From NCBI GenBank assembly GCA_020057115.1, contig JAGVGJ010000003.1, positions 100,528-164,527 of the forward strand: a stretch of DNA of 64,000 nucleotides, given 5' to 3'. Source of the DNA: Candidatus Omnitrophota bacterium (GTDB lineage Bacteria > Omnitrophota > Gorgyraeia > 2-01-FULL-45-10). The notes beneath the pieces were generated by a model. That model did not search any database. It had not been told where the DNA came from and was given only the letters and a program-made list of their open reading frames with translations. A program made the translations under genes and the position numbers. Shown here one piece after another: positions 38,185 through 48,303 of the stretch (the stretch's first letter is position 1; each line of letters opens with the position of its first letter).

Positions 38185-38712
38185 TTATTTTACGATATTA
38201 ACAGAAGACCACGTATTTGTCAAAATAAATATATATCCTATCGAGGTGCCGAGAAATGCGCCTGCAGCTACATCCGATACATAATGGACCCCCATATAGA
38301 CCCTGGAGAATGCCACGATGGCGGCCAGGCCGAAGAATAATACATATCTTCTGAAGAACCTGGACAATACGGTCGCGGCCATGAAGGACTGTGTCGCGTG
38401 AGTGGACGGGAATGAGAAGTTTTTCGCATTCTCAAGCACGTTCACGTCCGGCAATACCATGAAAGGCCTGGGCCTTGCGATGATATCCTTAAGGGAATCG
38501 GTAAGATAATAGCTGACCGTTAAGCCGGCCAGAAGAAATATCCCGGCTATGCGGCATTCTTTCTTTTTAAATAAAAGAAGGATAACGGCCACTATGAATA
38601 TCGAAGCGCCGCTTCCCATATTGCTCGCCCACGGCATCAGAATATCGAATACCGGATTCGCGCAGGACTTATTGATCAAGTAGAAGATCTTGACATCTAG
38701 ATTATTGAGCAT
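38185..38712 (-). CDS. PAP2-family phosphatase (undecaprenyl-diphosphate phosphatase-like membrane protein)
   Basis: PAP2 motifs ([18 protein letters not shown]). Confidence 0.7.
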   Translation of the reverse strand: MLNNLDVKIFYLINKSCANPVFDILMPWASNMGSGASIFIVAVILLLFKKKECRIAGIFLLAGLTVSYYLTDSLKDIIARPRPFMVLPDVNVLENAKNFSFPSTHATQSFMAATVLSRFFRRYVLFFGLAAIVAFSRVYMGVHYVSDVAAGAFLGTSIGYIFILTNTWSSVNIVK

Positions 38713-38718
38713 CCCACC

Positions 38719-40002
38719 CTATCCTTTTAGGTCATCCAGTATATCGAAGAAGCCAGGCAGCGATTTAGAGACGCACTCGACGTCATCTATCACGCTCTCG
38801 TCTTTTGCGGCAAGTGACGCTATCGCCATGGACATGCATGTCCTGTGGTCGCCGAAACTCTTAAGAGACGCTCCCTTAAGCTCCTTTACTCCTTCTATTA
38901 TCACATTGCTGCCGCTGGTCTTTATATGCGCGCCCATCTTGCTGAGATTATGCTTCATCGACTCTATCCTGTTGGTCTCCTTGACGGTCAACTCCTTCAC
39001 GCCTTTTATTACCGTCCTTCCTTCCGAAAGGGCCGCCAAAACGAATATCACGGGAAGCTCGTCTATGATGGACGGTATCATGCTCTCATCGATCGTTATC
39101 CCTTTGGTCTTGGCGTATTCAACGGTGATGTCCGCGACAGGCTCGAAGAGCTCCTTCCTGTTATCGATCGAGATATGCGCGCCCATCCTGGACATCGCTT
39201 CGATGATCCCGGCTCTGGTGGGGTTCACGGTCACGTTCCTTATCTTCACTTTCGAGCCTTCGAGCAGGCTTGCGGCCACCATGAAGAAGCCGGCGCTCGA
39301 TATGTCAGCGGGCACTTCGATGGCCCTCGACTTAAGCTCGCGGGCGCCCTTGACGGATACCGACAGGCCGTTCACTCTTACGTCGGCCCCGAAATATTTC
39401 ATCATCCTTTCGGTGTGGTCGCGGGATTTGAACTTTTCTGTAACGGTAGTGACGCCGTTCGAATAGAGGCCCGCGAATAATATCGCGGATTTGACCTGCG
39501 CGCTCGGTACCGGCATGTCGTATTTTATGGCCTTGACGCTTCCGCCCATCATCCTTAAAGGCGGATATCCTCCGTTGAGGCTCGTTATATAGGTGCCCAT
39601 GAGCGAAAGCGGGGTTATGATCCTGTTCATAGGCCTGCCTGATAATGCCGGTTCCCCGGTCAGCATCACTTCGAATCTCTGGCCTGCCAATATGCCTGCC
39701 AGGATCCTCATGGTGGTACCGGAATTGCCCGCATTGACAGGTCCCGCCGGCCGCCTCAGGCTCCTTAAGCCCTTGCCCAATATAGTCGTATAATTTTCTA
39801 TGACGTCAATAGGCACTCCCATATCCCTGAAAGCGCGCATAGTATAATTGCAGTCATCGCAGTCCAGGAGCCCCTTTATGCATGTGACTCCTTCGGCGAG
39901 CGAGCCAAGCATTATGGCCCTGTGCGATATGGACTTATCGCCCGGAAGCTTTATCTCGCCCCTGACACTCTTCGCCGGCCCTAATATTGATCCTTTTTTC
40001 AT
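38719..40002 (-). CDS. aroA: 3-phosphoshikimate 1-carboxyvinyltransferase (EPSP synthase)
   Basis: …KLPGDKSISHRA… N-terminal signature. Length 427 aa. Confidence 0.9.
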   Translation of the reverse strand: MKKGSILGPAKSVRGEIKLPGDKSISHRAIMLGSLAEGVTCIKGLLDCDDCNYTMRAFRDMGVPIDVIENYTTILGKGLRSLRRPAGPVNAGNSGTTMRILAGILAGQRFEVMLTGEPALSGRPMNRIITPLSLMGTYITSLNGGYPPLRMMGGSVKAIKYDMPVPSAQVKSAILFAGLYSNGVTTVTEKFKSRDHTERMMKYFGADVRVNGLSVSVKGARELKSRAIEVPADISSAGFFMVAASLLEGSKVKIRNVTVNPTRAGIIEAMSRMGAHISIDNRKELFEPVADITVEYAKTKGITIDESMIPSIIDELPVIFVLAALSEGRTVIKGVKELTVKETNRIESMKHNLSKMGAHIKTSGSNVIIEGVKELKGASLKSFGDHRTCMSMAIASLAAKDESVIDDVECVSKSLPGFFDILDDLKG

Positions 40003-40922
40003 GTCTTCTTCCCCGACTCCCGGTCTATTATTTCCTGCATATCCTTTGGAAGGTCACTCGTGAACTCCAGGTATTTACCGGTAATAGGATGCGTAAAGCC
40101 CAGCGTCTTCGCGTGAAGAGCCGGCCTGCCCAGAGGGCTCCTTGACCCGTACTTCTCATCACCTACGAGCGGGTGGCCTATATACGACATGTGGACCCTT
40201 ATCTGGTGCGTCCTTCCTGTCCCCAGGACAAGCTCGAGGAGCGTCGTATCCTTAAAACGCTTCAATACCTTATATCGGGTGACGGCCATCTTGGAGTTCT
40301 CTTCGTCAAAGCTGATGGCCATCTTCTTCCTGTCGCGCTTGCTCCTGGCCACCCCGAGCTCTATTATACCATTATCCAGCTCGACCACGCCTCTTACAAT
40401 GGCATTATAGACCCGCCTTATGGTCTTGGCCTTGAACTGTTTTGAAAGGCCGCGATGCGTCTTATCATCCTTGGCCACGACAAGAAGTCCGGACGTCCCT
40501 TTGTCTATCCTGTGGACTATGCCAGGCTTCTGGACTCCGCCGACGCCCGAAAGGGTCTTGCAATACGCCAGAAGCGCATTCACCAGAGTCCCCGAATAAT
40601 TTCCCGGAGCCGGGTGGACGACCATATCCTGGGATTTGTTCACCACAAGAAGATGCTCGTCTTCATAGACGATGTCCAGCGGTATCTTCTCGGCCTCGAC
40701 ATTATACACGGTCGGTTCCGGGACAGTCACCTCTATGAACTCGCCGGGCGATATATAATAATGACGCTTAACAATATTGCCCGAGACAAGCACCTTGCCA
40801 TCCTGGATCAGGCGCTGTATGAACGCCCTCGAATAGTCTTCGCAAAGTTCCTGGGCGAGGAACTTGTCGACCCTCTCGCCGCCATGGTCTTCCGTCACTT
40901 CGACTGTAAGTATCTTCTCCAC
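39999..40922 (-). CDS. rluD: RluA-family 23S rRNA pseudouridine synthase (RluD-like, with S4 domain)
   Basis: S4 domain followed by the catalytic HRIDKGTSGLLVVAK motif. Confidence 0.85.
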   Translation of the reverse strand: MEKILTVEVTEDHGGERVDKFLAQELCEDYSRAFIQRLIQDGKVLVSGNIVKRHYYISPGEFIEVTVPEPTVYNVEAEKIPLDIVYEDEHLLVVNKSQDMVVHPAPGNYSGTLVNALLAYCKTLSGVGGVQKPGIVHRIDKGTSGLLVVAKDDKTHRGLSKQFKAKTIRRVYNAIVRGVVELDNGIIELGVARSKRDRKKMAISFDEENSKMAVTRYKVLKRFKDTTLLELVLGTGRTHQIRVHMSYIGHPLVGDEKYGSRSPLGRPALHAKTLGFTHPITGKYLEFTSDLPKDMQEIIDRESGKKT

Positions 40923-41656
40923 TCAAGCCTCTTCTTGGTAAATACGACAAGCGCCGCCAGGAACACTCCGAGGCTTATGACCTGTGAGATCGTCATGCCC
41001 AGCAAAATCTTCGGATTGTCCCCCCGCAAAAATTCTATGGCGAACCTCTTCAAAGGATACAGGATGCAGTACGCAAGGAATATCTCGCCTTTAAAATGCG
41101 GCAGCTCCTGCCAAACGCGTAATACGACATATATGCCGAGCAACAGAAGCGACGAATATATCTGGGTCGGGTAGCGCGCCGCGAGCGAGTCCGGAAATGT
41201 CACGCCCAAGGCGCATCCATGCGGCAAGATGGAGCCGTAACAGCATCCGTTCAAAAAACATCCTATCCTGCCGAAGACCTGCGCGAGCGCCACGTACGGG
41301 ACTATCAGGTCCATGACGATCCAGAAGTCGAGCCTGTTCGCTTTTATATAAGCGGTGGCCGCAACGACCCCTGCGACGAACCCGCCGTACCATACAAGCC
41401 CGCCTTTAGAAAGGTCGAATACCTCCAGCGGACTTGCGATGTAGTACTGAAGATTGAGCGCTATATATAAGAGGCGCGCCCCGACGATACCGCACAAAAG
41501 CGTCAGGACGAGCATGTCCACTATCTTGTCTTTATTGAGATCCAACCTTCCGGCATGCCTGTAGATGAGCAGCGTCGCGACGGCGAAACCGAGCGCCACC
41601 ATCACGCCGTAGGAATACATGGAGAGCGGGCCTAATTTAATGAGTACAGGATGCAT
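40895..41656 (-). CDS. lgt: prolipoprotein diacylglyceryl transferase
   Basis: Start …PVLIKLGPLS.Y… plus the Lgt signature. Confidence 0.85.
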   Translation of the reverse strand: MHPVLIKLGPLSMYSYGVMVALGFAVATLLIYRHAGRLDLNKDKIVDMLVLTLLCGIVGARLLYIALNLQYYIASPLEVFDLSKGGLVWYGGFVAGVVAATAYIKANRLDFWIVMDLIVPYVALAQVFGRIGCFLNGCCYGSILPHGCALGVTFPDSLAARYPTQIYSSLLLLGIYVVLRVWQELPHFKGEIFLAYCILYPLKRFAIEFLRGDNPKILLGMTISQVISLGVFLAALVVFTKKRLEWRRYLQSK

Positions 41657-42104
41657 GGGATTCTTTTTTCAGGAGAATGTTAAAGGCCAAAATTATCGTC
41701 CCGACCGTTATGCATGAATCCGCGACGTTAAATACCGGCCACACGCGAAAGTCGAACATGTCTATGACATAACCAAGCCATACCCTGTCGATGAGGTTGC
41801 CGGCGGCTCCGCCCAGTATAAGCCCGAGCGAAACAGCGAGCATCCGGCCCTTGATCCTGTTCATGACAAGATAGGCCGTTATGAAAGCTATCACAAAAGC
41901 CGAAAATATGCTGAAGACGAGCGTGCCGCCCTTAAAGACGCCGAATGCCGCGCCCGTATTATGGACGAGCGTGATATTGAATACGCCGGCTATGACATCC
42001 GTAGATTCCCCCGGCGTCATGCCCCTCACCGCCATTATCTTGACGATCCTGTCGGCTGCCAGCGCTGCAAGCGCGACAAGGAACGCCGAGACTGAGCTCG
42101 TCAT
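41637..42104 (-). CDS. lspA: lipoprotein signal peptidase II
   Basis: …VFNVADS… conserved Asp region. Shows the typical ileS-lspA linkage. Confidence 0.85.
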   Translation of the reverse strand: MTSSVSAFLVALAALAADRIVKIMAVRGMTPGESTDVIAGVFNITLVHNTGAAFGVFKGGTLVFSIFSAFVIAFITAYLVMNRIKGRMLAVSLGLILGGAAGNLIDRVWLGYVIDMFDFRVWPVFNVADSCITVGTIILAFNILLKKESHASCTH

Positions 42105-42583
42105 TTAGCCTCGTTGGCCTTCTGGCATTCTATGCAAAGAGACGTGTGCGGAATAGCGTGCAACCGCTTCCTGCTTATGGCCTTGTCACACTGGAGGCAA
42201 GTGCCGTAGATCCCGTCTTTTATGCGGCGAAGCGCCTCGTCTATCCTGTAAAGGAGCTTCTGCTCGTCCGTCGCTCTGCCCAGAGAAAATTCGACATCAT
42301 AATTGTCGCTTGCGGAATCGGCCATGTGATACGAATACCCGGAAAGGTCTCCGGAGGCATCCCTCTGCGAGCGGTTGAGCGTCTCTTTGGCTATGAATGA
42401 CAGGTCGCCGCCGATCTTCTCCCTCTCTTTGATCAGGAGCGCCTTATAGATCTTCAGCTCCTTGGCAGGCAGCTTCTTCACGGCCTTTTTTACGACCTTC
42501 TTCACGGCCTTTTTCACGGCCTTCTTTACCGGCCTTGCCCTCTTCAACGTCTTCCTCTTCGCCACTTTCTTCTGCTTTGCCAT
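42101..42583 (-). CDS. DksA/TraR-family C4 zinc-finger protein with a lysine/alanine-rich N-terminal tail (KKAVKKAVKKVVKKAVKK)
   Basis: C-terminal CLQCDKAIS…CIECQ zinc finger. The N-terminal tail is encoded by near-perfect 18-21 nt tandem repeats at about 42470-42545. Confidence 0.75.
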   Translation of the reverse strand: MAKQKKVAKRKTLKRARPVKKAVKKAVKKVVKKAVKKLPAKELKIYKALLIKEREKIGGDLSFIAKETLNRSQRDASGDLSGYSYHMADSASDNYDVEFSLGRATDEQKLLYRIDEALRRIKDGIYGTCLQCDKAISRKRLHAIPHTSLCIECQKANEAK

Positions 42584-42614
42584 TTGGATATTTCTCCTTT
42601 TCGCGTTATACCCT

Positions 42615-45413
42615 TTAAGAGACCACCTTGACGCATCTCTCGCATAGCGTCGGGTGGGAGGGTTCCCTCCCCACGGCCTCGCTATAATTCCAGCACCTCT
42701 GGCACTTCTGCCCAAAAGCCTTATCCACACGGATAGCCACCGGGATCGCCCCGTCCATGTCTTTAACGTCCGCGGCGCCTTCGGCTATATCCACACCGGA
42801 TACGATAAATATATATCTCAACTCATCCTTCTTCTCTTTCAACAGTTCTTTTAATTTAGCGTCGCCCGTGGAAAGCGAGAGCCGAGCCTCAAGGCCCGAA
42901 CCTATCTCTCCGGCCTGGCGCTTCTCCTCGAGCTTCTTTAATACCGCTTCGCGCAAGGAAGCGAGCGTCGCCCATTTCTCGTCCAGCTTCACATCATGCC
43001 ACTTGTCAAAATTATCCTTCGGCCAATCTTCGAGATGGACAGATCCCGATTTCTTGCCGAGTTTCACGTGCTCCCACGCCTCATCCGCGGTGACCGCAAG
43101 AAGCGGGGCCATGATCTTTAATAACGCCATCAACAGCTCATGCATGGCCGTCTGCCCGGAACGCCTCTCGAGAGAATCGGCCTTGAAGGTATACATCCTG
43201 TCTTTCAGGACATCGAGGTATATCGACGATATGTCGGTCACGCAAAAGTTATAAACATCCCTGTAGACCTTATGGAACTGGAATGTCTCGTAGTTCTTCG
43301 CTGTCTCCCTGATAAGGCCGGCGAGCCTTGAAAGTATCCACCTGTCTATCTCGAGCATCTTCTCGTGCTGAATATAATTCTTAGCCGGGTCAAAATCATA
43401 GAGATTGCTCAGCATGTATTTATAGGTATTTCTTATCTTCCTGTATGCATCCGCAAGCCTTGTCAGGATCACGTCCGAAAGCCTTATGTCTTCCGAGTAA
43501 TCGCTGGACGCTACCCATAGCCGCAATATATCGGCGCCATACTTCTTCATCACCTGTTCGGGCGTTATGACATTGCCCATCGACTTCGACATCTTCTTGC
43601 CGTCGCCGTCGACTACGAATCCGTGGGTGAGGACATTCTTGTAAGGCGGCATCCCGTCTATGCCCATGCCCGTGATAAGAGCCGACTGGAACCACCCCCT
43701 GTGCTGGTCGGATCCTTCAAGGTAAAGCTCGCAAGGATAGTCCATATTCTTGTCGTGCTTTAATACGGCCTGATGGCTCACGCCTGAATCGAACCATACG
43801 TCAAGGATGTCCGTCTCTTTGGTAAAATCTTTCCCGCCGCACTTCTTGCACGCGGTCCCGGCAGGCAGAAGCTCGGACTCTTTCCAGGAGAACCAGACAT
43901 CCGCGCCGTCTTTCTCGAATAGCCCGGCGACATGTTTTATAACTTTTCCTTCCAGGAGGACCTCTTTGCAGCCCTTGCAATAGAATGCGATTATCGGAAC
44001 CCCCCAATACCTCTGCCTCGACAGGCACCAGTCAGGCCTGTTCTGGACCATAGACTTTATCCTGTGCTCGCCGATCTCCGGTATCCACTTTACATCTTTT
44101 GATATCACCGATACCAGTTTATCTCTCAAGCCATTATGGTCTATCTTCATGAAATACTGGTCTGTGGCCCTGAATATGATGGGCTTCTTGCAGCGCCAGC
44201 AATGCGGATATGAATGGGTGATGTCTTCGACTTTTAGCAATGCGCCGATCGCTGCAAGCTTCTCCGCTATCGGCTTATTCGCTTCATATACTTTCATACC
44301 GCTGAATTCGCCGCAGGTATTGTCAAATCTGCCCTTAGGGTCGACCGGCATTATTGTGGGAAGATCATATTTTCTCCCCGTCTGGTAGTCATCCTGTCCA
44401 TGGCCCGGCGCCGTATGGACGCAGCCGGTGCCATCCTCCATAGAGACATATCCGGCGCATACGACCCTTGAATCTCTGTCTATGAAAGGATGCTTAGCGA
44501 TCAATCCCTCGAGTTCTTTACCCTTCACGGTCTTTAAGATCTTGTATTCCTTTATCCCGAATTTCTCCATCGACCTTTCCAAAAGCGCTTTGGCAAGGAT
44601 GTATATCTCTTTTTCTGGAACCTGGGACCTGGAACCTGGAGCCTCTACGTACACATACTCCAGGTCCGGATGCACGGCGATAGCGACATTCGCGAGCAGC
44701 GTCCACGGCGTCGTCGTCCATATCACGAAAAACGTTTCTGGACCCTGGACCCTTGCCCCCCCTTGAGTTAATTTGAATTTAACATAGATCGACGGCGACG
44801 TCTTATTCTCATACTCGACCTCCGCCTCTGCAAGCGCCGTCTCGCATGTCGCGCACCAATTGACCGGCTTTAATGATTTATAAATATATCCTTTCTCTAC
44901 GAGTTCTCCGAAAGAACGGGCTATCTCTGCTTCATAGGACTTCGAGAGCGTAAGATACGGTTTCTCCCAATCGCCCAGTATACCGAGCCGCTTGAACTGG
45001 TCACGCTGGATGGCGACATACTTCATCGCATAATCGGAAGCAAGTGATCTAAACTTCACCTGGTCGATATCATACTTGGTCATTTTGAGCTCTTTAAAGA
45101 GCTGGTGCTCGACAGGCAGGCCATGGCAATCCCATCCCGGGATATACGGAGAATCGAATCCGGCCATCGTATAATATTTTACGACTATATCTTTAAGGAG
45201 TTTGTTGAGCGCATGGCCCATGTGGATATTGCCATTGGCATAAGGAGGGCCGTCGTGGAGAACGAATTTCTTCTTTCCTTTAGACCTCGACCTGATCTTG
45301 CCGTATAAGTCGGCATCCTGCCACTTTTTGACATACTTCGGCTCGCGATTAGGCAGGTCCGCCTTCATCGGAAAATCGGTATTCGGTAGATTGAGTGTGT
45401 TTTTATATTCCAT
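42615..45413 (-). CDS. ileS: isoleucyl-tRNA synthetase (two in-frame heptamer-repeat insertions)
   Basis: HMGH and KMSKS motifs, the editing-domain WTTTPWT motif, and a C-terminal zinc finger. Confidence 0.95.
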   Translation of the reverse strand: MEYKNTLNLPNTDFPMKADLPNREPKYVKKWQDADLYGKIRSRSKGKKKFVLHDGPPYANGNIHMGHALNKLLKDIVVKYYTMAGFDSPYIPGWDCHGLPVEHQLFKELKMTKYDIDQVKFRSLASDYAMKYVAIQRDQFKRLGILGDWEKPYLTLSKSYEAEIARSFGELVEKGYIYKSLKPVNWCATCETALAEAEVEYENKTSPSIYVKFKLTQGGARVQGPETFFVIWTTTPWTLLANVAIAVHPDLEYVYVEAPGSRSQVPEKEIYILAKALLERSMEKFGIKEYKILKTVKGKELEGLIAKHPFIDRDSRVVCAGYVSMEDGTGCVHTAPGHGQDDYQTGRKYDLPTIMPVDPKGRFDNTCGEFSGMKVYEANKPIAEKLAAIGALLKVEDITHSYPHCWRCKKPIIFRATDQYFMKIDHNGLRDKLVSVISKDVKWIPEIGEHRIKSMVQNRPDWCLSRQRYWGVPIIAFYCKGCKEVLLEGKVIKHVAGLFEKDGADVWFSWKESELLPAGTACKKCGGKDFTKETDILDVWFDSGVSHQAVLKHDKNMDYPCELYLEGSDQHRGWFQSALITGMGIDGMPPYKNVLTHGFVVDGDGKKMSKSMGNVITPEQVMKKYGADILRLWVASSDYSEDIRLSDVILTRLADAYRKIRNTYKYMLSNLYDFDPAKNYIQHEKMLEIDRWILSRLAGLIRETAKNYETFQFHKVYRDVYNFCVTDISSIYLDVLKDRMYTFKADSLERRSGQTAMHELLMALLKIMAPLLAVTADEAWEHVKLGKKSGSVHLEDWPKDNFDKWHDVKLDEKWATLASLREAVLKKLEEKRQAGEIGSGLEARLSLSTGDAKLKELLKEKKDELRYIFIVSGVDIAEGAADVKDMDGAIPVAIRVDKAFGQKCQRCWNYSEAVGREPSHPTLCERCVKVVS
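44610..44643 (+). repeat. heptamer-repeat element copy 2 (TTTTTCTGGAAC CTGGGAC CTGGAAC CTGGAGC), in frame inside ileS (encodes …[13 protein letters not shown]…)
   Basis: Read directly from the sequence. Relative to the E. coli IleS alignment it corresponds to an insertion of about 8 aa. Confidence 0.8.
44734..44762 (+). repeat. heptamer-repeat element copy 3 (GTTTCTGGACC CTGGACC CTTGCCCCCCC), in frame inside ileS (encodes …[10 protein letters not shown]…)
   Basis: Read directly from the sequence. Confidence 0.75.
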
Positions 45414-45415
45414 AT

Positions 45416-45463
45416 TTTTCCCAGGACCCTTGCCCCTGGCCCCTGGTTCCTGGAACCTGGCTC
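45416..45463 (+). repeat. heptamer-repeat element copy 4 (TTTTTCCCAGGACC CTTGCCC CTGGCCC CTGGTTC CTGGAAC CTGGCTC). It fills the whole mtnP-stop/ileS-start spacer and ends 3 nt from the ileS ATG
   Basis: Read directly from the sequence. Confidence 0.85.
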
Positions 45464-46333
45464 CTACTTAATATATTTCCCTATTATCAGCTCGAGATCT
45501 TTCTTCGTCTTCGCCGGTATCATAGCTGGATTCGTGACTATCGCGTCTTTGAGGGCGCTCGCGCAGGCGCACTTGCGCTCTCGGCCTATCTTCTTTACGA
45601 CCGTCCTTAAAATGCTCTTCGAGACATCTACGTTCTTCAAAAGATTCTTTATGATCATATCAAGCGATACCGTCTCGGTGGCCTCATCAAGATACCAGCA
45701 GTCATAGTCTGTGATACAGGCGAGCGTCGCATAGCATATCTCGGCCTCTCTGGCGCATCTCGCCTCGCCAAGGTTCGTCATACCGATGATATCCATGCCC
45801 CACATCCTGTATAGTTCAGACTCAGCTTTGGTCGAGAATTGCGGCCCCTCCATGTTAAGATATTTACCGTCGAGATGAACGTTCGCGCCGACCTCTTTGC
45901 CGGCATCATAAAGAAGTTTCGACAGGCAGCCGCAGACAGGGTCAGCAAACTGTATATGGACGACTATTCCGTCCCTAAAGAATGTCGTGCGCCTGGCCTG
46001 GCTCGTCCTATCGACGAACTGGTTGGGTATGACGATATCGAGCGGCTTCAACTCTTTGCGCAGGCTCCCGCACGCTGAAACAGATATTATCTGTTCGACT
46101 CCGAGCTTCTTCATCCCGTAAATATTGGCGCAGTAATTGAGCTCGCTCGGGCTTATAGAATGCCCTTTTCCGTGGCGAGCCAGAAAAACGACCTCTTTCC
46201 CCTCAAGCGTGCCTGTCATATAGTCATCGGAAGGATTCCCGAAAGGCGTCTCGATCTTAACCTTCTTTACATTGGTCAAGCCTTCCATATCGTAAAAACC
46301 GCTGCCGCCTATAATCCCTATTTTTCCGCCCAT
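45464..46333 (-). CDS. mtnP: S-methyl-5'-thioadenosine phosphorylase / PNP-family-2 nucleoside phosphorylase
   Basis: [12 protein letters not shown]… plus PNP_UDP_1 motifs. Confidence 0.8.
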   Translation of the reverse strand: MGGKIGIIGGSGFYDMEGLTNVKKVKIETPFGNPSDDYMTGTLEGKEVVFLARHGKGHSISPSELNYCANIYGMKKLGVEQIISVSACGSLRKELKPLDIVIPNQFVDRTSQARRTTFFRDGIVVHIQFADPVCGCLSKLLYDAGKEVGANVHLDGKYLNMEGPQFSTKAESELYRMWGMDIIGMTNLGEARCAREAEICYATLACITDYDCWYLDEATETVSLDMIIKNLLKNVDVSKSILRTVVKKIGRERKCACASALKDAIVTNPAMIPAKTKKDLELIIGKYIK

Positions 46334-46348
46334 TAAATCTCTCCTATT

Positions 46349-46648
46349 TTATCTGAGCCTCGCCGCCACGCCGTATAGCGTGCCCACGAGGAATATCTTT
46401 AAGAACCATACGACAAGTAACGCCAATATCGGCGAGAAATCTATCCCGACATTGTACATTGGTAATATGCGCCTGAACGGCTGAAGGAGCGGCTCCGTCG
46501 TCTTGTACAAAAATTGGACTATCGGGTTATACGGGTCCGGATTCACCCAGCTTATGAGCGCGCGTATTATTATGAGCCAGTTGAGAGCCGTTAAGATAAA
46601 ATCCAGTATCGTAGTGATGGCCAATACAAAATTACTGAGCACGAACAT
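46349..46648 (-). CDS. yggT: YggT-family membrane protein
   Basis: 99 aa, two TM segments, typical yggS-proC-yggT neighbourhood. Confidence 0.8.
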   Translation of the reverse strand: MFVLSNFVLAITTILDFILTALNWLIIIRALISWVNPDPYNPIVQFLYKTTEPLLQPFRRILPMYNVGIDFSPILALLVVWFLKIFLVGTLYGVAARLR

Positions 46649-46651
46649 GAT

Positions 46652-47464
46652 CTATCCTCCCGACATCTCTTTCGACCTTTCGCAGGCCGCTTTCAATGCC
46701 TCTTTTACTATAGATTTGAATTTCTTCGCCTCAAAAGCGCTTATCGCCGCTTCTGTCGTGCCGCCCTTTGATGTCACTTTTAAGCGAAGCTCCGCGGGAT
46801 CCTGTTTGGTCGCCTCAAGAAGCTTCGATGTACCGAAGAATGTCTTCGTCGCAAGCTCTTTTGCCACCTTTTCTTCCAGGCCAAGCTCTATTCCGGCTTC
46901 TATAATGGATTCGATAAAATAGAAGAAATATGCCGGCCCGCTCCCGCTTAAAGCCGTCACTGCATCGACGAGCGATTCATCCACCTCGACTACAGACCCT
47001 ATGAGGGAGAATATCTCTTTGGCAAGCTCGATATCCTCTTTCTTTACATATTTGCCGCGGCTTAAAGATGATATGCCCTCGCCTACCATCGCAGGCATGT
47101 TAGGCATCATGCGGATGACCGGCATCTTCTCGCCGATCGTATCTTCTATGAACTTTGTGGTCACGCCTGCCGCTATGGATATGACGAGTTTATTTTTATC
47201 AAGCGAGCAGCAAAGCTCTTCCTTAAGAAGCGCCTTGAGATCTTTCGGCTTTACCGCGATGATTATTACATCCGAATGTTTGACGACAAGGTTATTTTCT
47301 ATCTCGACTATTATCTTATATTTTGACTGGATATATTCGCGCCTCTTGGCATCCAGCTCGCTTACCATGATGGAAGTGGACTTCTCGATGACGCGCGAAA
47401 GACGGTCAAGTATAGCCTCACCCATGTTGCCGCAGCCGATTATGCCGATCTTTTTATTGATCAT
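46652..47464 (-). CDS. proC: pyrroline-5-carboxylate reductase
   Basis: KIGIIGCGNMGEAI NAD(P)-binding motif plus the P5CR dimerisation domain. Confidence 0.9.
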   Translation of the reverse strand: MINKKIGIIGCGNMGEAILDRLSRVIEKSTSIMVSELDAKRREYIQSKYKIIVEIENNLVVKHSDVIIIAVKPKDLKALLKEELCCSLDKNKLVISIAAGVTTKFIEDTIGEKMPVIRMMPNMPAMVGEGISSLSRGKYVKKEDIELAKEIFSLIGSVVEVDESLVDAVTALSGSGPAYFFYFIESIIEAGIELGLEEKVAKELATKTFFGTSKLLEATKQDPAELRLKVTSKGGTTEAAISAFEAKKFKSIVKEALKAACERSKEMSGG

Positions 47465-47476
47465 AGTTAACTACCT

Positions 47477-47510
47477 CCAGGGTCAAGGGGCCAGGGTCCG
47501 GGGTCCAGAA
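47477..47510 (-). repeat. heptamer-repeat element copy 5, inverted orientation (plus strand reads CCAGGGTCAAGGGGCCAGGGTCCGGGGTCCAGAA). It encodes the yggS C-terminal tail …NSGPRTLAP* and lies just upstream of the proC SD
   Basis: Read directly from the sequence. Confidence 0.85.
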
Positions 47511-48184
47511 TTATGAAATAACGCCCTACCTACCCTGACGATATTTGCGCCTTCTTCTATTGCGACTTCAAAATCATTGGACATGCCCATGGATAATAAC
47601 AAGGGGCCAGGGGCCAGGGGCCAGGGGCCAGAAATTTTATCACGCAGTTCCCATAAAGCCTTAAAATACGGGCGCGCTTCTTCCTGGTCATCAACCTCAG
47701 GCGCCATGGTCATGAGTCCCTTAATACTAATATTTGGATATAATACTATACATTTAATAAGGCCGGCGACCTCTTCCGGACTTATTCCGAATTTACTCTG
47801 CTCACCGGAGACATTCACCTCTATCAGGATATCCTGCACCTTGCCGAGCTTTTTGGCTTCTTTGTCTATCTCTTTTGCAAGGCGCTCGCTGTCTACGGAA
47901 TGTATCAAGGACGCTATTCTTACGGCGTCCTTTACTTTATTCGTCTGCAGGTGCCCTATCAAATGCCATGTCGCCCTGCTGCCTATCGAAGCATATTTTG
48001 ATACAAGCTCCTGAACCCTGTTCTCGCCCAGCTCCTTCATCCCCAAAGCCAGAAGTTCTTCCGCTTCCGGGATGCCGACTTCCTTCGTAACCGAGACAAG
48101 CCGCACATCCTCTTTAAGCCTGCCTGATCTCTCGCAAGCCCTTACCATTCTTTCGGTTACGATTTTAAGGTTGTCTCGTATCAT
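47483..48184 (-). CDS. yggS: YggS-family PLP homeostasis protein (internal and C-terminal segments encoded by the heptamer repeat)
   Basis: …LHLIGHLQTNK… and …LSMGMSNDFEVAIEEGANIVRVG… Start chosen at MIRDNLKIV. Confidence 0.85.
   Translation of the reverse strand: MIRDNLKIVTERMVRACERSGRLKEDVRLVSVTKEVGIPEAEELLALGMKELGENRVQELVSKYASIGSRATWHLIGHLQTNKVKDAVRIASLIHSVDSERLAKEIDKEAKKLGKVQDILIEVNVSGEQSKFGISPEEVAGLIKCIVLYPNISIKGLMTMAPEVDDQEEARPYFKALWELRDKISGPWPLAPGPLLLSMGMSNDFEVAIEEGANIVRVGRALFHNSGPRTLAP
47600..47634 (-). repeat. heptamer-repeat element copy 6, inverted orientation ((GGGGCCA)x4 on the plus strand). It is in frame inside yggS (encodes …KISGPWPLAPGPLL… in the loop before LSMGMS)
   Basis: Read directly from the sequence. 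Four perfect GGGGCCA units. Confidence 0.85.
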
Positions 48185-48221
48185 TTTGACAGGATAAAAT
48201 AGCACAAAGGAAGGCAAAAGT

Positions 48222-48256
48222 CAAAAAAATTCAGCCGGGATATTGCTACCCCGGCT
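48222..48256 (-). terminator. rho-independent terminator after the PEP-CTERM gene
   Basis: On the minus strand: CAGCCGGGgtagcaatatCCCGGCTG followed by AATTTTTTT. Confidence 0.75.
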
Positions 48257-48303
48257 GTCCCCATAGGTCGGCTTTCTAGCTGAAAGCTAATTCCGAACTA
48301 AAT

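Noticed and set aside
42470-42545. tandem 18-21 nt repeats that could be mistaken for a CRISPR or VNTR locus
   Set aside because: They are in frame and encode the lysine/alanine tail of the DksA/TraR-like protein. There are no spacers of unique sequence.
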